Source: an uncultured Deferribacteres bacterium
GTDB lineage: Bacteria > Zhuqueibacterota > Zhuqueibacteria > Zhuqueibacterales > Geothermadaptataceae
Reading direction: 5' to 3'
NCBI GenBank assembly: GCA_964014485.1
Contig: CAXHAT010000113.1
Span: 1 to 25,857 of the forward strand
Length of the DNA: 25,857 nucleotides
Shown here: positions 1 to 8,221 of the stretch, one piece after another
How the letters are laid out: each line of letters starts with the position of its first letter
How positions within the stretch are numbered: position 1 is the stretch's first letter
Program-made: the position numbers and the translations under genes
The notes under the pieces: model-generated
What the model saw: the letters and a program-made list of their open reading frames with translations, nothing else
What the model was told of the DNA's origin: nothing
Database searches by the model: none

Positions 1-120
1 CGTTCCCAAACTCCGGTTTGGGAATGAAAATGGGCGCGAAACTCCAGTTTCGAACTTAGAATTTCACTCGAAACTGGAGTTTCGAGTGCAATTGCGTTCC
101 CAATCCAGAGATTGGGAACG
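1..120. repeat. REP/BIME-like cluster of four hairpins (A-B-B'-A' arrangement)
   Basis: Hairpins cgttcccaaac-tccg-gtttgggaatg (1-26), cgaaac-tcca-gtttcg (37-52), cactcgaaac-tgga-gtttcgagtg (65-88) and cgttcccaatc-caga-gattgggaacg (95-120). The cores of the two inner units are exact reverse complements. Confidence 0.85.
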
Positions 121-141
121 AGAATTTTGGGCGTCCCGAAA

Positions 142-249
142 TTAGGTTGGCGGTAGGGCGCCGCCGCCGACGAGAAGATACTTGACTTCATGTTCGTTTA
201 ATAACCTGATAAAATCTTTGAAGTCTTCCAGTAGTCGCCTCTTCGCCAT
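142..249 (-). pseudogene. Truncated nucleotidyltransferase-like gene (N-terminal 35 aa only)
   Basis: MAKRRLLEDFKDFIRLLNEHEVKYLLVGG resembles the N-terminus (D-F-x-E/D-F...V-x-Y-L-x-V-G-G) of small TA-associated nucleotidyltransferases, then stops before the DxD motif. It overlaps the upstream small ORF. Confidence 0.65.
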
Positions 250-385
250 AAAAGCACTCCCGCAGATAGGTGATGGTTTCCAGTTTTTCTTCCAGGCTGG
301 CTTTCGCCCAATATTCGCGGTCTTCTTTTCCCAGTTCGTCGGCCTTACCAATGACGAACTGTTTTCTATCCATTCTATCGTTCAC
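188..385 (-). CDS. Small hypothetical protein, probable partner of the nucleotidyltransferase (TA-like module)
   Basis: 65 aa with a DREYW...EEKL...YLR...RLQRFYQVIKR pattern typical of small proteins preceding such nucleotidyltransferases; AAGGAG RBS upstream. Confidence 0.65.
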   Translation of the reverse strand: MNDRMDRKQFVIGKADELGKEDREYWAKASLEEKLETITYLRECFYGEEATTGRLQRFYQVIKRT

Positions 386-394
386 TTTTACTCC

Positions 395-1837
395 TTATAC
401 GCTCACGCAAACATTCTTCGGTTCTGTAAAAAATCTTAACGCCTCAAGCCCGCCCTCGCGCCCGACGCCGGAGTTTTTTATGCCGCCGAATGGTGTGCGC
501 AGATCGCGGATCAGCCAGCAATTGACCCAAATCACACCGGACTGCAATTGCGCCGCCACGCGATGCGCGCGGGACAAATATTGCGTCCAAATTGTGGCGG
601 AAAGACCGTACTGCGTGCTGTTGGCGAGGCGAAGCGCTTCTTCTTCCGAATCAAACGGCGTGATCGTTACGACCGGTCCGAAGATTTCTTCCTGGTTGGT
701 GCGACAATCGTGCGATAAACCCTCGATAACCGTCGGCGCGACAAACCAGCCGTTTTTGCAACGCCCTTGCAATTCGACGCGATTTCCTCCCGCCAAAATT
801 GTTCCGCCTTCTTCTTGAGCTAAGTTAATGTACGACAGGATTTTTTCCATATGGGCTTTGGAAACGACCGCCCCGAGAATTGAATTTGATTCTTTCGGAT
901 CGCCGACGCGGAGTTTTTTGGCGCGCTCCACAAAGTCGCGTCTGAATTTTTCGTAAATCGGTTTTTCGACAAAAATACGCGACCCGCACAGGCAAATTTG
1001 TCCCTGATTTGCGAAAGATGATCGCAGCGTCGTTTCGAGCATTTTTTCATATTCGCAATCGGCGAAAATGATGTTTGGGTTTTTGCCGCCAAGCTCCAGC
1101 CCGACTTTTTTGAACATGGGCGCGGCGACTTTGGCGATCTCAGCGCCCGTTCGCGTGCCGCCGGTAAAGGCAATCGCTTTTACGTCGCGGTGTTCCACAA
1201 GCGCGGCTCCAGCTTTTTGTCCTAAGCCATGAACGATGTTAAACACGCCCGACGGCAGCCCGGCTTCGATGCACAATTCAGAGAGCAAGAACGCCGTCAT
1301 CGGCGTGACTTCCGACGGCTTGCCGATCACGCAGTTTCCGGCTGCCAACGCCGGCGCAATTTTCCAGGTAAAAAGATAGAGGGGCAAATTCCACGGCGAA
1401 ATGCAGCCGACTACGCCAATAGGCTGGCGCAAGGTGTAGTTGATAAATTCGTTTCCCATCGTGTGGCTTTCGCTGGCGAATTGCTCGACGGCGGAAGCGA
1501 AAAAATGCAGATTCTTCGCGGCGCGCGGAATATCGACGGTTTTTGCCAAGCTCAAAGGCTTGCCGTTGTCGTCCGACTCCGCTGCCGCGAAACGATCCAG
1601 GTTCTCGGAAATTAAGCCGGAAATTTTATACAAAAATGCCGCGCGTTCTTCCGCCGGTTTCCGCGACCATTCAGGAAAGGCCCGCTTGGCCGCCTGGACG
1701 GCGCGAGCAACATCTTCAACGTCCGAGTCAGGCGTTTTTGAATACGCTTCTCCCGTTGCAGGGTTGAAATTATCGAGGTATTGATTTGAGACTGGCGGTG
1801 CGAGTTCGCCGTCGATGTAATTTGAAATTTCTATCAT
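395..1837 (-). CDS. Aldehyde dehydrogenase, 2-aminomuconate 6-semialdehyde dehydrogenase-like (ALDH8A1/HMSADH group)
   Basis: ISPWNLPLYLFTWKIAPA, FTGGT, LELGGKNP, catalytic Cys in GQICLCGSR, EEIFGPV, VNCWLIRDLRTPFGG; lies in a cluster with TDO. Confidence 0.9.
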   Translation of the reverse strand: MIEISNYIDGELAPPVSNQYLDNFNPATGEAYSKTPDSDVEDVARAVQAAKRAFPEWSRKPAEERAAFLYKISGLISENLDRFAAAESDDNGKPLSLAKTVDIPRAAKNLHFFASAVEQFASESHTMGNEFINYTLRQPIGVVGCISPWNLPLYLFTWKIAPALAAGNCVIGKPSEVTPMTAFLLSELCIEAGLPSGVFNIVHGLGQKAGAALVEHRDVKAIAFTGGTRTGAEIAKVAAPMFKKVGLELGGKNPNIIFADCEYEKMLETTLRSSFANQGQICLCGSRIFVEKPIYEKFRRDFVERAKKLRVGDPKESNSILGAVVSKAHMEKILSYINLAQEEGGTILAGGNRVELQGRCKNGWFVAPTVIEGLSHDCRTNQEEIFGPVVTITPFDSEEEALRLANSTQYGLSATIWTQYLSRAHRVAAQLQSGVIWVNCWLIRDLRTPFGGIKNSGVGREGGLEALRFFTEPKNVCVSV

Positions 1838-1899
1838 GACTTTTTTTAAATTTCTGAGTGAACGAGACGAATTCTATTAAATACAATTTTACTTTTTAT

Positions 1900-2077
1900 C
1901 TGACGTTACGCGGCTGATGTAAAAAATGGAGTGCGAGGCTAGCCTTACCGTTCCACAGCGGGTTTTCTCAAACTTTCTTGTTAAACATTCTGAACTTGCA
2001 CATTTTAGCTTGCTGACAGATCAAAAGGCAAAGCAAGCCTTGCACTCCTTGATTTTTTCGGTGGCGCGTAACATCAG
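1900..2077. mobile_element. MITE-like element 1 (178 bp), 13-bp TIRs, 7-bp target-site duplication TTTTTAT
   Basis: Left ctgacgttacgcg (1900-1912) and right cgcgtaacatcag (2065-2077) are 12/13 inverted; TTTTTAT flanks at 1893-1899 and 2078-2084. Same termini as 23902-24132. Confidence 0.8.
1928..2048. repeat. Degenerate GGAGTGC-type REP doublet inside MITE 1
   Basis: ggagtgcgaggctagccttacc (1928-1949) and ggcaaagcaagccttgcactcc (2027-2048) are imperfect inverted copies, of the same family as 9478-9708. Confidence 0.75.
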
Positions 2078-2118
2078 TTTTTATAAGAAAAGCGTCGACT
2101 CTCGTGTGTTAGAACGGT

Positions 2119-2676
2119 TCACTTGGGCGCATAAACTATGCTCAGAAGAATCGATGTAAGCAGCATGATCGAATAGAACCATTTGGCGTCCTTGTAGAAG
2201 AAAAGTTGCCAGGCGCTCTTTTCATTTTCTTCGACGAAAAATCTTTCGTCAGCCTTGATCTCAAACTCAACTTTCGGCGACGCAGCTGTCTCGCCTTTTT
2301 TCGTATAGAGCCAGCCGGGAATGTCGTACAAAGGAAATCTAACTTTAGCCGGATCACGCAACCATTGTTCAAATTCATCGCTGTTTAGGAAAAAAGAGAT
2401 CATTTTTTCACGCTGGCTGCATTTGAACAAGTAAGTTTGCCAGCGAGAATGGATCGTCCAAAAAATGATCGGAATCGCACTCGTTGCCAGGATCAGCAAA
2501 TTGGTATGGTCAACATTTTTGAGATGCTGAATGATCAAGTACAAACTTCCTCCCCAAAACAGGAAAGCGAAATTCTTCGTCTTAAAAATAATATCATCCA
2601 GATTTTTGATACTGCTGTGGATGAGATCGATTTCCTTAAGAAGAATTTGCCAGCGCGGATTATCTACTAAAGACAT
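2119..2676 (-). CDS. Hypothetical membrane protein (about 3 TM segments)
   Basis: 185-aa ORF whose ATG overlaps the SDR stop by 10 nt. Hydrophobic segments: FAFLFWGGSLYLII, LLILATSAIPIIFW, WFYSIMLLTSILLSIV. Confidence 0.75.
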   Translation of the reverse strand: MSLVDNPRWQILLKEIDLIHSSIKNLDDIIFKTKNFAFLFWGGSLYLIIQHLKNVDHTNLLILATSAIPIIFWTIHSRWQTYLFKCSQREKMISFFLNSDEFEQWLRDPAKVRFPLYDIPGWLYTKKGETAASPKVEFEIKADERFFVEENEKSAWQLFFYKDAKWFYSIMLLTSILLSIVYAPK

Positions 2677-3467
2677 CCCGTTCTCCCGCCGTCAACCGGC
2701 AAATTGATTCCGTTGACATATCCTGCGTCCGGGGAGGCCAAAAACGCCACTGCCGCCGCAACCTCTTCCGGCTCGGCAAATCGACCGGCTGGAATATCGG
2801 CGAGCATCAAATTTTCCGCTTCTTCTTGCGAAATTCCGCTGCGCTCGGCCTTATTTTTAATAATTGCGAGTAGTCGTTCGGTGCGCGTGGCGCCGGGCAG
2901 AATGTTGTTTACTGTGACGCCAAATCCCCCGAGCTCGTTGGCCAGCGTTTTCGCCCAATTTGCTACTGCGCCGCGGATGGTGTTCGAAACGCCAAGATTG
3001 GACAACGGCTGTTTGACCGAGGTGGAAATAATGTTGATGATGCGCCCGTATTTCGCGGCCTTCATGCCGTCGAGCAAGGCTTTGACAAGAATATGATTAC
3101 AGATCAAGTGATTGGAAAATGCGCTTTGAAATTCTTCGATTTCGGCGTTTATTGCCAGGCCGCCGGGCGGGCCGCCAGTGTTATTGATCAAAATGTGAAA
3201 AGGCGCGTCGGCGGTTCGAGCCAAATAGCTCTTGATTGCGGCGCGTAAATTCTCCGGGTCGCGAAAATCCGCGATAAGGTAATCATGATTGGCATTGGAG
3301 ATTTGTTCAAGTTCAGCTCTGACCGTTTTGAGCGCATTTTCATTTCTGGCGGCCAAAGTGATGCGGGCGCCTCGCTGCGCCAAAGCAATCGCACAAGCCT
3401 TGCCAATGCCTCTTGTGCTGCCGCAGACGAGTGCATTTTTTTGATCGAGATCAGGATTCTGTGGCAC
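2667..3467 (-). CDS. SDR-family oxidoreductase of the type found in kynurenine clusters
   Basis: VCGSTRGIG Rossmann motif, NNTGGP, SN-xx-R in place of YxxxK (atypical SDR), C-terminal GINLPVDGGR; GTG start overlapping the TDO 3' end. Confidence 0.9.
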   Translation of the reverse strand: MPQNPDLDQKNALVCGSTRGIGKACAIALAQRGARITLAARNENALKTVRAELEQISNANHDYLIADFRDPENLRAAIKSYLARTADAPFHILINNTGGPPGGLAINAEIEEFQSAFSNHLICNHILVKALLDGMKAAKYGRIINIISTSVKQPLSNLGVSNTIRGAVANWAKTLANELGGFGVTVNNILPGATRTERLLAIIKNKAERSGISQEEAENLMLADIPAGRFAEPEEVAAAVAFLASPDAGYVNGINLPVDGGRTGCL

Positions 3468-4569
3468 GAGTTTTCTCCATGTCGTTGTAGTAGAACCCCA
3501 GATTTTTTCTCAGGCTTTCCGGCAATTTTGGCAGTGCTGAGCGCGGGATAAGAAACGTCGATAAATTGAACAAATCGAAAAAGACTTTGTGCGATTCCGC
3601 CGTTTTTTTGAGATAATCATGTCCGGACGAGCCGCCCGTGCCGATTTTGGAGCCGATCATGCGATGCACCATCAGGGCGTGACGATACCGCCAGGTGGTG
3701 AAAAGCTCGTCAACATCGACGAGCACATTCAGCAAACGATAGGGCTGGTTAAGCATGGGTTCGTCACGATAAAGGCTGATCAACAGCGCTGCGTGCAGAG
3801 CTTCGCGGGACAATCGCCGCAGGCCTTTCTTGACCAATTCATTGTGCTTGTCTTCGTCAAATAAAGCCGAAAAACTGGCTTCCGTTTTGTCGAACTCCTG
3901 AAACTGACGCGCCTTTTCCTTTTCCGAAAGCACCGGATTATTGCTGATGGTTTCACGGTCGTCGTCGAGCATTTTGCGGACGGCTTCTCGGTAGTGCGCC
4001 CAAAAGTCAAAATCACCGAAGCGCACGAACGGCGTTCGCTCGAGCCATTTCGCGACCAATTCGAAAAGCGACGGCGATTCAAGGCTTTGCTTGACAGCCT
4101 CTTGGTGCTCTTCCGAAAGTCGCTCGTGATACGCGCCTCTGCCAAACAGCATGCGCTGCGCGTTTTCCAGGCCAAGTCGATTCTCAACCAAACGAAACTG
4201 AAAGCTCTGAAATCCGGAGGCCGGGATCAGAAAATCGCGAAATTCGAGAAAGTCTAACGGGGTCATCGTTTCTAAAACGCGCAATTGGTCAATGAGGATT
4301 TTTTGAATTTCCGTGATGCGCGTTAGGCGAGAAACGGCGATTCCAACGTCCTTTTCGTCAACATAATCTTTCTGGAAAACTTCGAGCGTCGAATTCAATT
4401 CGTGCAGGATCTGCTTGAACCACAATTCGTACGCTTGATGCACAATGATAAAAAGCATTTCATCATGCGCGGGCTGGTTGTAGAGTTCGCTTTTAGGCTT
4501 TTGCGCGCCGAGCAATTTATCCAATTGCAGATAATCGGCGTAATAAACGGGAGGATAGGGCTTCTTCAT
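3451..4569 (-). CDS. kynA: Tryptophan 2,3-dioxygenase (long, eukaryote-like form)
   Basis: YADYLQLDKLL, HDEMLFIIVHQAYELWFKQI, LETMTPLDFLEFR, PASGFQSFQFR, WRYRH, KIGTGGSSG. Start reassigned from 4647 to ATG 4569 (MKKPYPPVYY). Confidence 0.95.
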   Translation of the reverse strand: MKKPYPPVYYADYLQLDKLLGAQKPKSELYNQPAHDEMLFIIVHQAYELWFKQILHELNSTLEVFQKDYVDEKDVGIAVSRLTRITEIQKILIDQLRVLETMTPLDFLEFRDFLIPASGFQSFQFRLVENRLGLENAQRMLFGRGAYHERLSEEHQEAVKQSLESPSLFELVAKWLERTPFVRFGDFDFWAHYREAVRKMLDDDRETISNNPVLSEKEKARQFQEFDKTEASFSALFDEDKHNELVKKGLRRLSREALHAALLISLYRDEPMLNQPYRLLNVLVDVDELFTTWRYRHALMVHRMIGSKIGTGGSSGHDYLKKTAESHKVFFDLFNLSTFLIPRSALPKLPESLRKNLGFYYNDMEKTRATES

Positions 4570-4863
4570 TTTTGACTGGCAGGTTATCGCAGGGGCGAGT
4601 TGCCACGCCTTTGCTGCATTTGTGCTCTTTGCAATTCCGAAAATCAAAAAGCGTGATACTACCTCGCCACGCTTTCGCTTGCAAGTTTCAGGGTGATTCT
4701 TAAATTGCGCAAGTTTTTTGAGTTCCGCAAAGAAAAAACGATTTCATCGACGACGCGACCAACAATATTTTCCAGAATTCCTCCTGAATGGCGCGTTGAG
4801 CGTCGCAGAGATTCTGCTTAATCCAAAATCATCTCTTCATACTGCCGCAGTGGAAAAACCGAC

Positions 4864-6723
4864 TTGACTTCATCTCAATCTTCAGAAACCAAACACAGCC
4901 CGTGGTTTTGGGTGCCCAGCCTCTATTTCGCTGAAGGCATTCCTTACGTCATGGTGATGCTCGTTTCGGTGACGATGTACAAACGACTCGGCATTTCCAA
5001 CACCGACATCGCGCTTTACACGAGCTGGCTCTATTTGCCGTGGGTCATCAAACCGCTTTGGAGTCCAATCGTTGATTTGCTTCGGACAAAACGATTCTGG
5101 ATCGTGACGACGCAATTGATTATCGGCGCAGGGCTGGCGGGAGTCGCTCTAACCATTCCGGCCTCAAATTTTTTCCAGTACACGCTCGCATTCATGTGGC
5201 TGCTCGCGTTTAGTTCGGCCACGCACGATATTGCCGCAGACGGTTTTTATATGCTTGGGCTTTCTGAGCATGACCAGGCGTGGTTTGTCGGCATCCGCAG
5301 CACGTTTTATCGTATTGCCATGATCACAGGCCAGGGGCTGCTGATTATGCTCGCAGGTTTCATTGAGAGCAACACCGGATTGCCGGAAAAGAAGCTTGAA
5401 GTCATTGCCTCGCCGCGCGCTGTGGAGAGTCGGTTTTTCGCGGCGGATTCGCTTACGCTTGATCGCACTGGCGGCGAGTTGCACTTGCAATCATTTCCGA
5501 ATAAAATAGAAATTTTGACCGACGGGATGACCCAACAAAAGGCGGATTCGGTCATTGAAGCAGCGAAAGCGTGGAATCGCGAAAACGGGTTTTATGAAGT
5601 CGTTGAAGCAAAATCGCAAGACGCCGGCTCCTCGTTCTGGTACAATTTTATCGGCGTTCATCTTGAAGAATTCTTACGCGAAAATTTTGCTCCAGAGGAA
5701 AAGGTTGAGACGCGCACGGATGTTGTCGGCAATATTGCGCCAATTTACTTTTACCTTTCAAAACAACCCGAACCCGGCGAAGATGTCGTTGTTAATTATG
5801 GTCTTGAATCCGGGGACAAGAGCATTCGGTTGATCGAAGGGGAACGCTTTGTTTTTAACGCCGAAAACTGGGATAAGCCGTTTATCGTGTTGCTGCAACT
5901 CGATCCGAAACTGCAAACAGCGACGACCGCCAATTTTGCCGCTCGTGCGGGCAACATTCCCTTGTCGTGGACGATTTCGGTGCTTGTCCTCGCGGCTATG
6001 TTCGTCGTCTTTTTTATCTATCACGGTGCGATCTTGCCGCGTCCGGCCTCAGACGCGCCGACGGCCAAAGGCGAGGCAAATTTTGTTGCTAATTTCGCAC
6101 TCACATTTTGGAGCTTTTTCAAGAAAAAGCATATGTTGGTAACCGTCGCATTTCTACTGCTTTACCGCTTCGGCGAAGCGCAGCTTGTGAAATTAGCTTC
6201 GCCGTTCCTGCTTGATTCGCGCGAGGTCGGCGGCTTAGCTCTGACGACGGGAGAGGTTGGCTTCGTTTATGGCACGGTCGGCGTGGCCTTTTTGACTTTC
6301 GGCGGGATTTTGGGCGGATTGTTGGCGGCTAAAGACGGATTGAAACGCTGGCTTTGGCCGATGGTTATTGCAATAAATTTACCGAACGCCGTCTACATTT
6401 ATTTGTCTTATACGGTTCCGGACAGTTTTCTTGTGATTAACGCGTGCGTCGCCATTGAGCAGTTCGGCTACGGATTCGGCTTCACGGCGTTTATGCTTTA
6501 TATGATTTACGCGGCTGAAGGCGAGCATAAAACGGCGCACTTTGCATTTTGCACCGGCCTCATGGCGTTGGGGATGATGATCCCCGGAATGTTCAGCGGC
6601 TGGCTGCAAGAGATCATCGGCTATCAACACTTTTTCGTTTGGGTGGTGCTTGCAACGATTCCGGGTTTCATCGTGACAGGGCTGATTCCGCTCGATCCGG
6701 AATTTGGGAAAAAACAGGAGTAG
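4864..6723 (+). CDS. ampG: AmpG-like muropeptide MFS transporter with a large inserted soluble domain
   Basis: PWFWVPSLYFAEGIPY, LPWVIKPLWSP, SATHDIAADGFYM, YRFGEA, EQFGYGFG, TAHFA motifs of Bacteroidota-type AmpG. At 619 aa it is about 190 aa longer than usual; NamZ is nearby. Confidence 0.85.
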   Translation: MTSSQSSETKHSPWFWVPSLYFAEGIPYVMVMLVSVTMYKRLGISNTDIALYTSWLYLPWVIKPLWSPIVDLLRTKRFWIVTTQLIIGAGLAGVALTIPASNFFQYTLAFMWLLAFSSATHDIAADGFYMLGLSEHDQAWFVGIRSTFYRIAMITGQGLLIMLAGFIESNTGLPEKKLEVIASPRAVESRFFAADSLTLDRTGGELHLQSFPNKIEILTDGMTQQKADSVIEAAKAWNRENGFYEVVEAKSQDAGSSFWYNFIGVHLEEFLRENFAPEEKVETRTDVVGNIAPIYFYLSKQPEPGEDVVVNYGLESGDKSIRLIEGERFVFNAENWDKPFIVLLQLDPKLQTATTANFAARAGNIPLSWTISVLVLAAMFVVFFIYHGAILPRPASDAPTAKGEANFVANFALTFWSFFKKKHMLVTVAFLLLYRFGEAQLVKLASPFLLDSREVGGLALTTGEVGFVYGTVGVAFLTFGGILGGLLAAKDGLKRWLWPMVIAINLPNAVYIYLSYTVPDSFLVINACVAIEQFGYGFGFTAFMLYMIYAAEGEHKTAHFAFCTGLMALGMMIPGMFSGWLQEIIGYQHFFVWVVLATIPGFIVTGLIPLDPEFGKKQE

Positions 6724-6726
6724 ACT

Positions 6727-7629
6727 ATGAAGATTCGACAACTCAAAGAAACGGACATCGAAGATTTGCTGTCGTTGTGGAATCGCAACATGCAATTTGA
6801 CCCTATGTCGCCGGAATTACTGGAAGAAAAAGTTTGGGATGATCCTGACTACGCCGCTGACATGGCCTATGTTGTCGAGCATGAGAAGCAAGTGATCGCC
6901 TTTATCATGGGGATTATTCGCCAAAAGGAAGACGGGCCGATGGGCTACATCAAAAAGCTGGTGGTCGACAAAAAGTTCCAACGGCGCGGCATGGGCGGGC
7001 GGTTGCTGAGAGAAATGGAACGGTTGCTTTATCGGCGAAACGTCCGCACCGTCCGAATTCTCGAGTCAGCGCCCAATTATCTGACCCCCGGTTTGGACGT
7101 GCGCTACACAAAAGGTCTGATTTTTTTCGAACAGCACGGCTACCAGCGTTTCGACGAAACCTACAATCTTGACGTTGATCTTGACGAACAGTCGTTTGAT
7201 ACGGCGGAAAAGGAGCGTGCCTTGGCGGCGGGCGGTATTGAAATTCGGCGGGCGCTCCCGCAAGACTCGCAAGCGACGGAAGCGTTTGTCCAGCAGGAAT
7301 GGGCCGCCTGGGTTCCCGAAGTTCGCCAGTGTTTTAAAAACAATCCGCTTAGCTTGCATTTGGCGATTCAAGACGGCCAAATCATCGCATTTTCGGGCTA
7401 TGACGGCAATAACCTCGGCACCGGCGCGTTTGGCCCGGTCGGCACAACGCCCGCATGTCGCGGAAAGGGCGTGGGCGGTGTGCTTACGCTTAGATGTTTA
7501 AAAGATATTAAAGCGCAGGGCCGTCGTTATGCGATTGTTCCCTGGATTGGCCCGCTAAAGTTCTACGTCCACTACGCCGGCGCCGAAATCGCGCGCGTTT
7601 TTCATCGTTATCAGAAAGTTTTTCAATGA
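6727..7629 (+). CDS. Tandem GNAT N-acetyltransferase, possibly GlmA-like glucosamine/glucosaminide acetyltransferase
   Basis: Two acetyl-CoA loops (QRRGMG, RGKGVG), PNYLTPGLD and FGPVG motifs; starts 3 nt after the ampG stop. Confidence 0.8.
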   Translation: MKIRQLKETDIEDLLSLWNRNMQFDPMSPELLEEKVWDDPDYAADMAYVVEHEKQVIAFIMGIIRQKEDGPMGYIKKLVVDKKFQRRGMGGRLLREMERLLYRRNVRTVRILESAPNYLTPGLDVRYTKGLIFFEQHGYQRFDETYNLDVDLDEQSFDTAEKERALAAGGIEIRRALPQDSQATEAFVQQEWAAWVPEVRQCFKNNPLSLHLAIQDGQIIAFSGYDGNNLGTGAFGPVGTTPACRGKGVGGVLTLRCLKDIKAQGRRYAIVPWIGPLKFYVHYAGAEIARVFHRYQKVFQ

Positions 7630-7677
7630 TACGTTTGTTATTTAGATCATTGTAAATAAATTTGAATTGTTTCGCAT

Positions 7678-7950
7678 ATGGAATTCTGATGAGATCAGAA
7701 CAAAGCAGACGCAAACTATGCGAAGCACGGCGTCTCATTTGAAGAAGCGAAAACGGTTTTTGATCATCCCTACTTTGTTGATTTTCATGATCCGGACCAT
7801 TCTGATGATGAAAACAGGTATATTATCGCTGGAGAGTCTCAGGTACACCGCTTATTGATCGTGTCGTACACTGAACGCAGCTCCAGAACGCGTTTAATTA
7901 GCGCGAGAAAAACGACTCGAAAAGAAAGAAAAGCTTATGAAGAAGGTTAA
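7678..7950 (+). pseudogene. brnT: BrnT-family toxin inactivated by two tandem TGA codons (absent from the ORF track)
   Basis: Manual translation: MEF**DQNKADANYAKHGVSFEEAKTVFDHP...DHSDDENRYIIAG...LLIVSYTER...RLISARKTTRKERKAYEEG. TGA-TGA at 7687-7692 sits at the F-x-W-D motif. Confidence 0.9.
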
Positions 7951-8158
7951 AGCAAGAGTCGATGATGATCTTCGCCAGGAGTACGATTTACAAAGCTTGC
8001 GGGTAAGAAAACTTGGGCCACAGCGTAAGAGTTTTGGCCAGCTTGCAGTTCAAATAGAACCGGACGTCGCCGAAGTATTCCCGAACTCTAAATCGGTGAA
8101 TGAAGCATTGCGATTTCTAATCCGGGTTACACGCGAGCAGAAGCCTACAATTCCCTGA
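7937..8158 (+). CDS. Antitoxin partner of BrnT (BrnA/CopG-like)
   Basis: DDLRQEYD...V-x-IEPDVAEVFPNSKSVNEALRFLI motif; overlaps the toxin 3' end by 14 nt. Confidence 0.85.
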   Translation: MKKVKARVDDDLRQEYDLQSLRVRKLGPQRKSFGQLAVQIEPDVAEVFPNSKSVNEALRFLIRVTREQKPTIP

Positions 8159-8221
8159 AAAAGTTAATTGTGACAACAAACGCCATCGATTTAATGAAGA
8201 AGGATTGGTTCAATAAACTCT

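Noticed and set aside
1..120. CRISPR array
   Set aside because: The units are inverted and of two types, with no regular repeat-spacer period and no cas genes.
4588..4672. Possible decayed GTAGGGGCGAG-type REP pair upstream of kynA
   Set aside because: Too degenerate to support. The 26-aa N-terminal TDO extension in the ORF track over this region was also discarded.
7687..7692. TGA recoding (Trp/Gly/Sec) to rescue BrnT
   Set aside because: TGA terminates well-formed genes here (e.g. GNAT at 7629, antitoxin at 8158), and the long genes contain no in-frame TGA.
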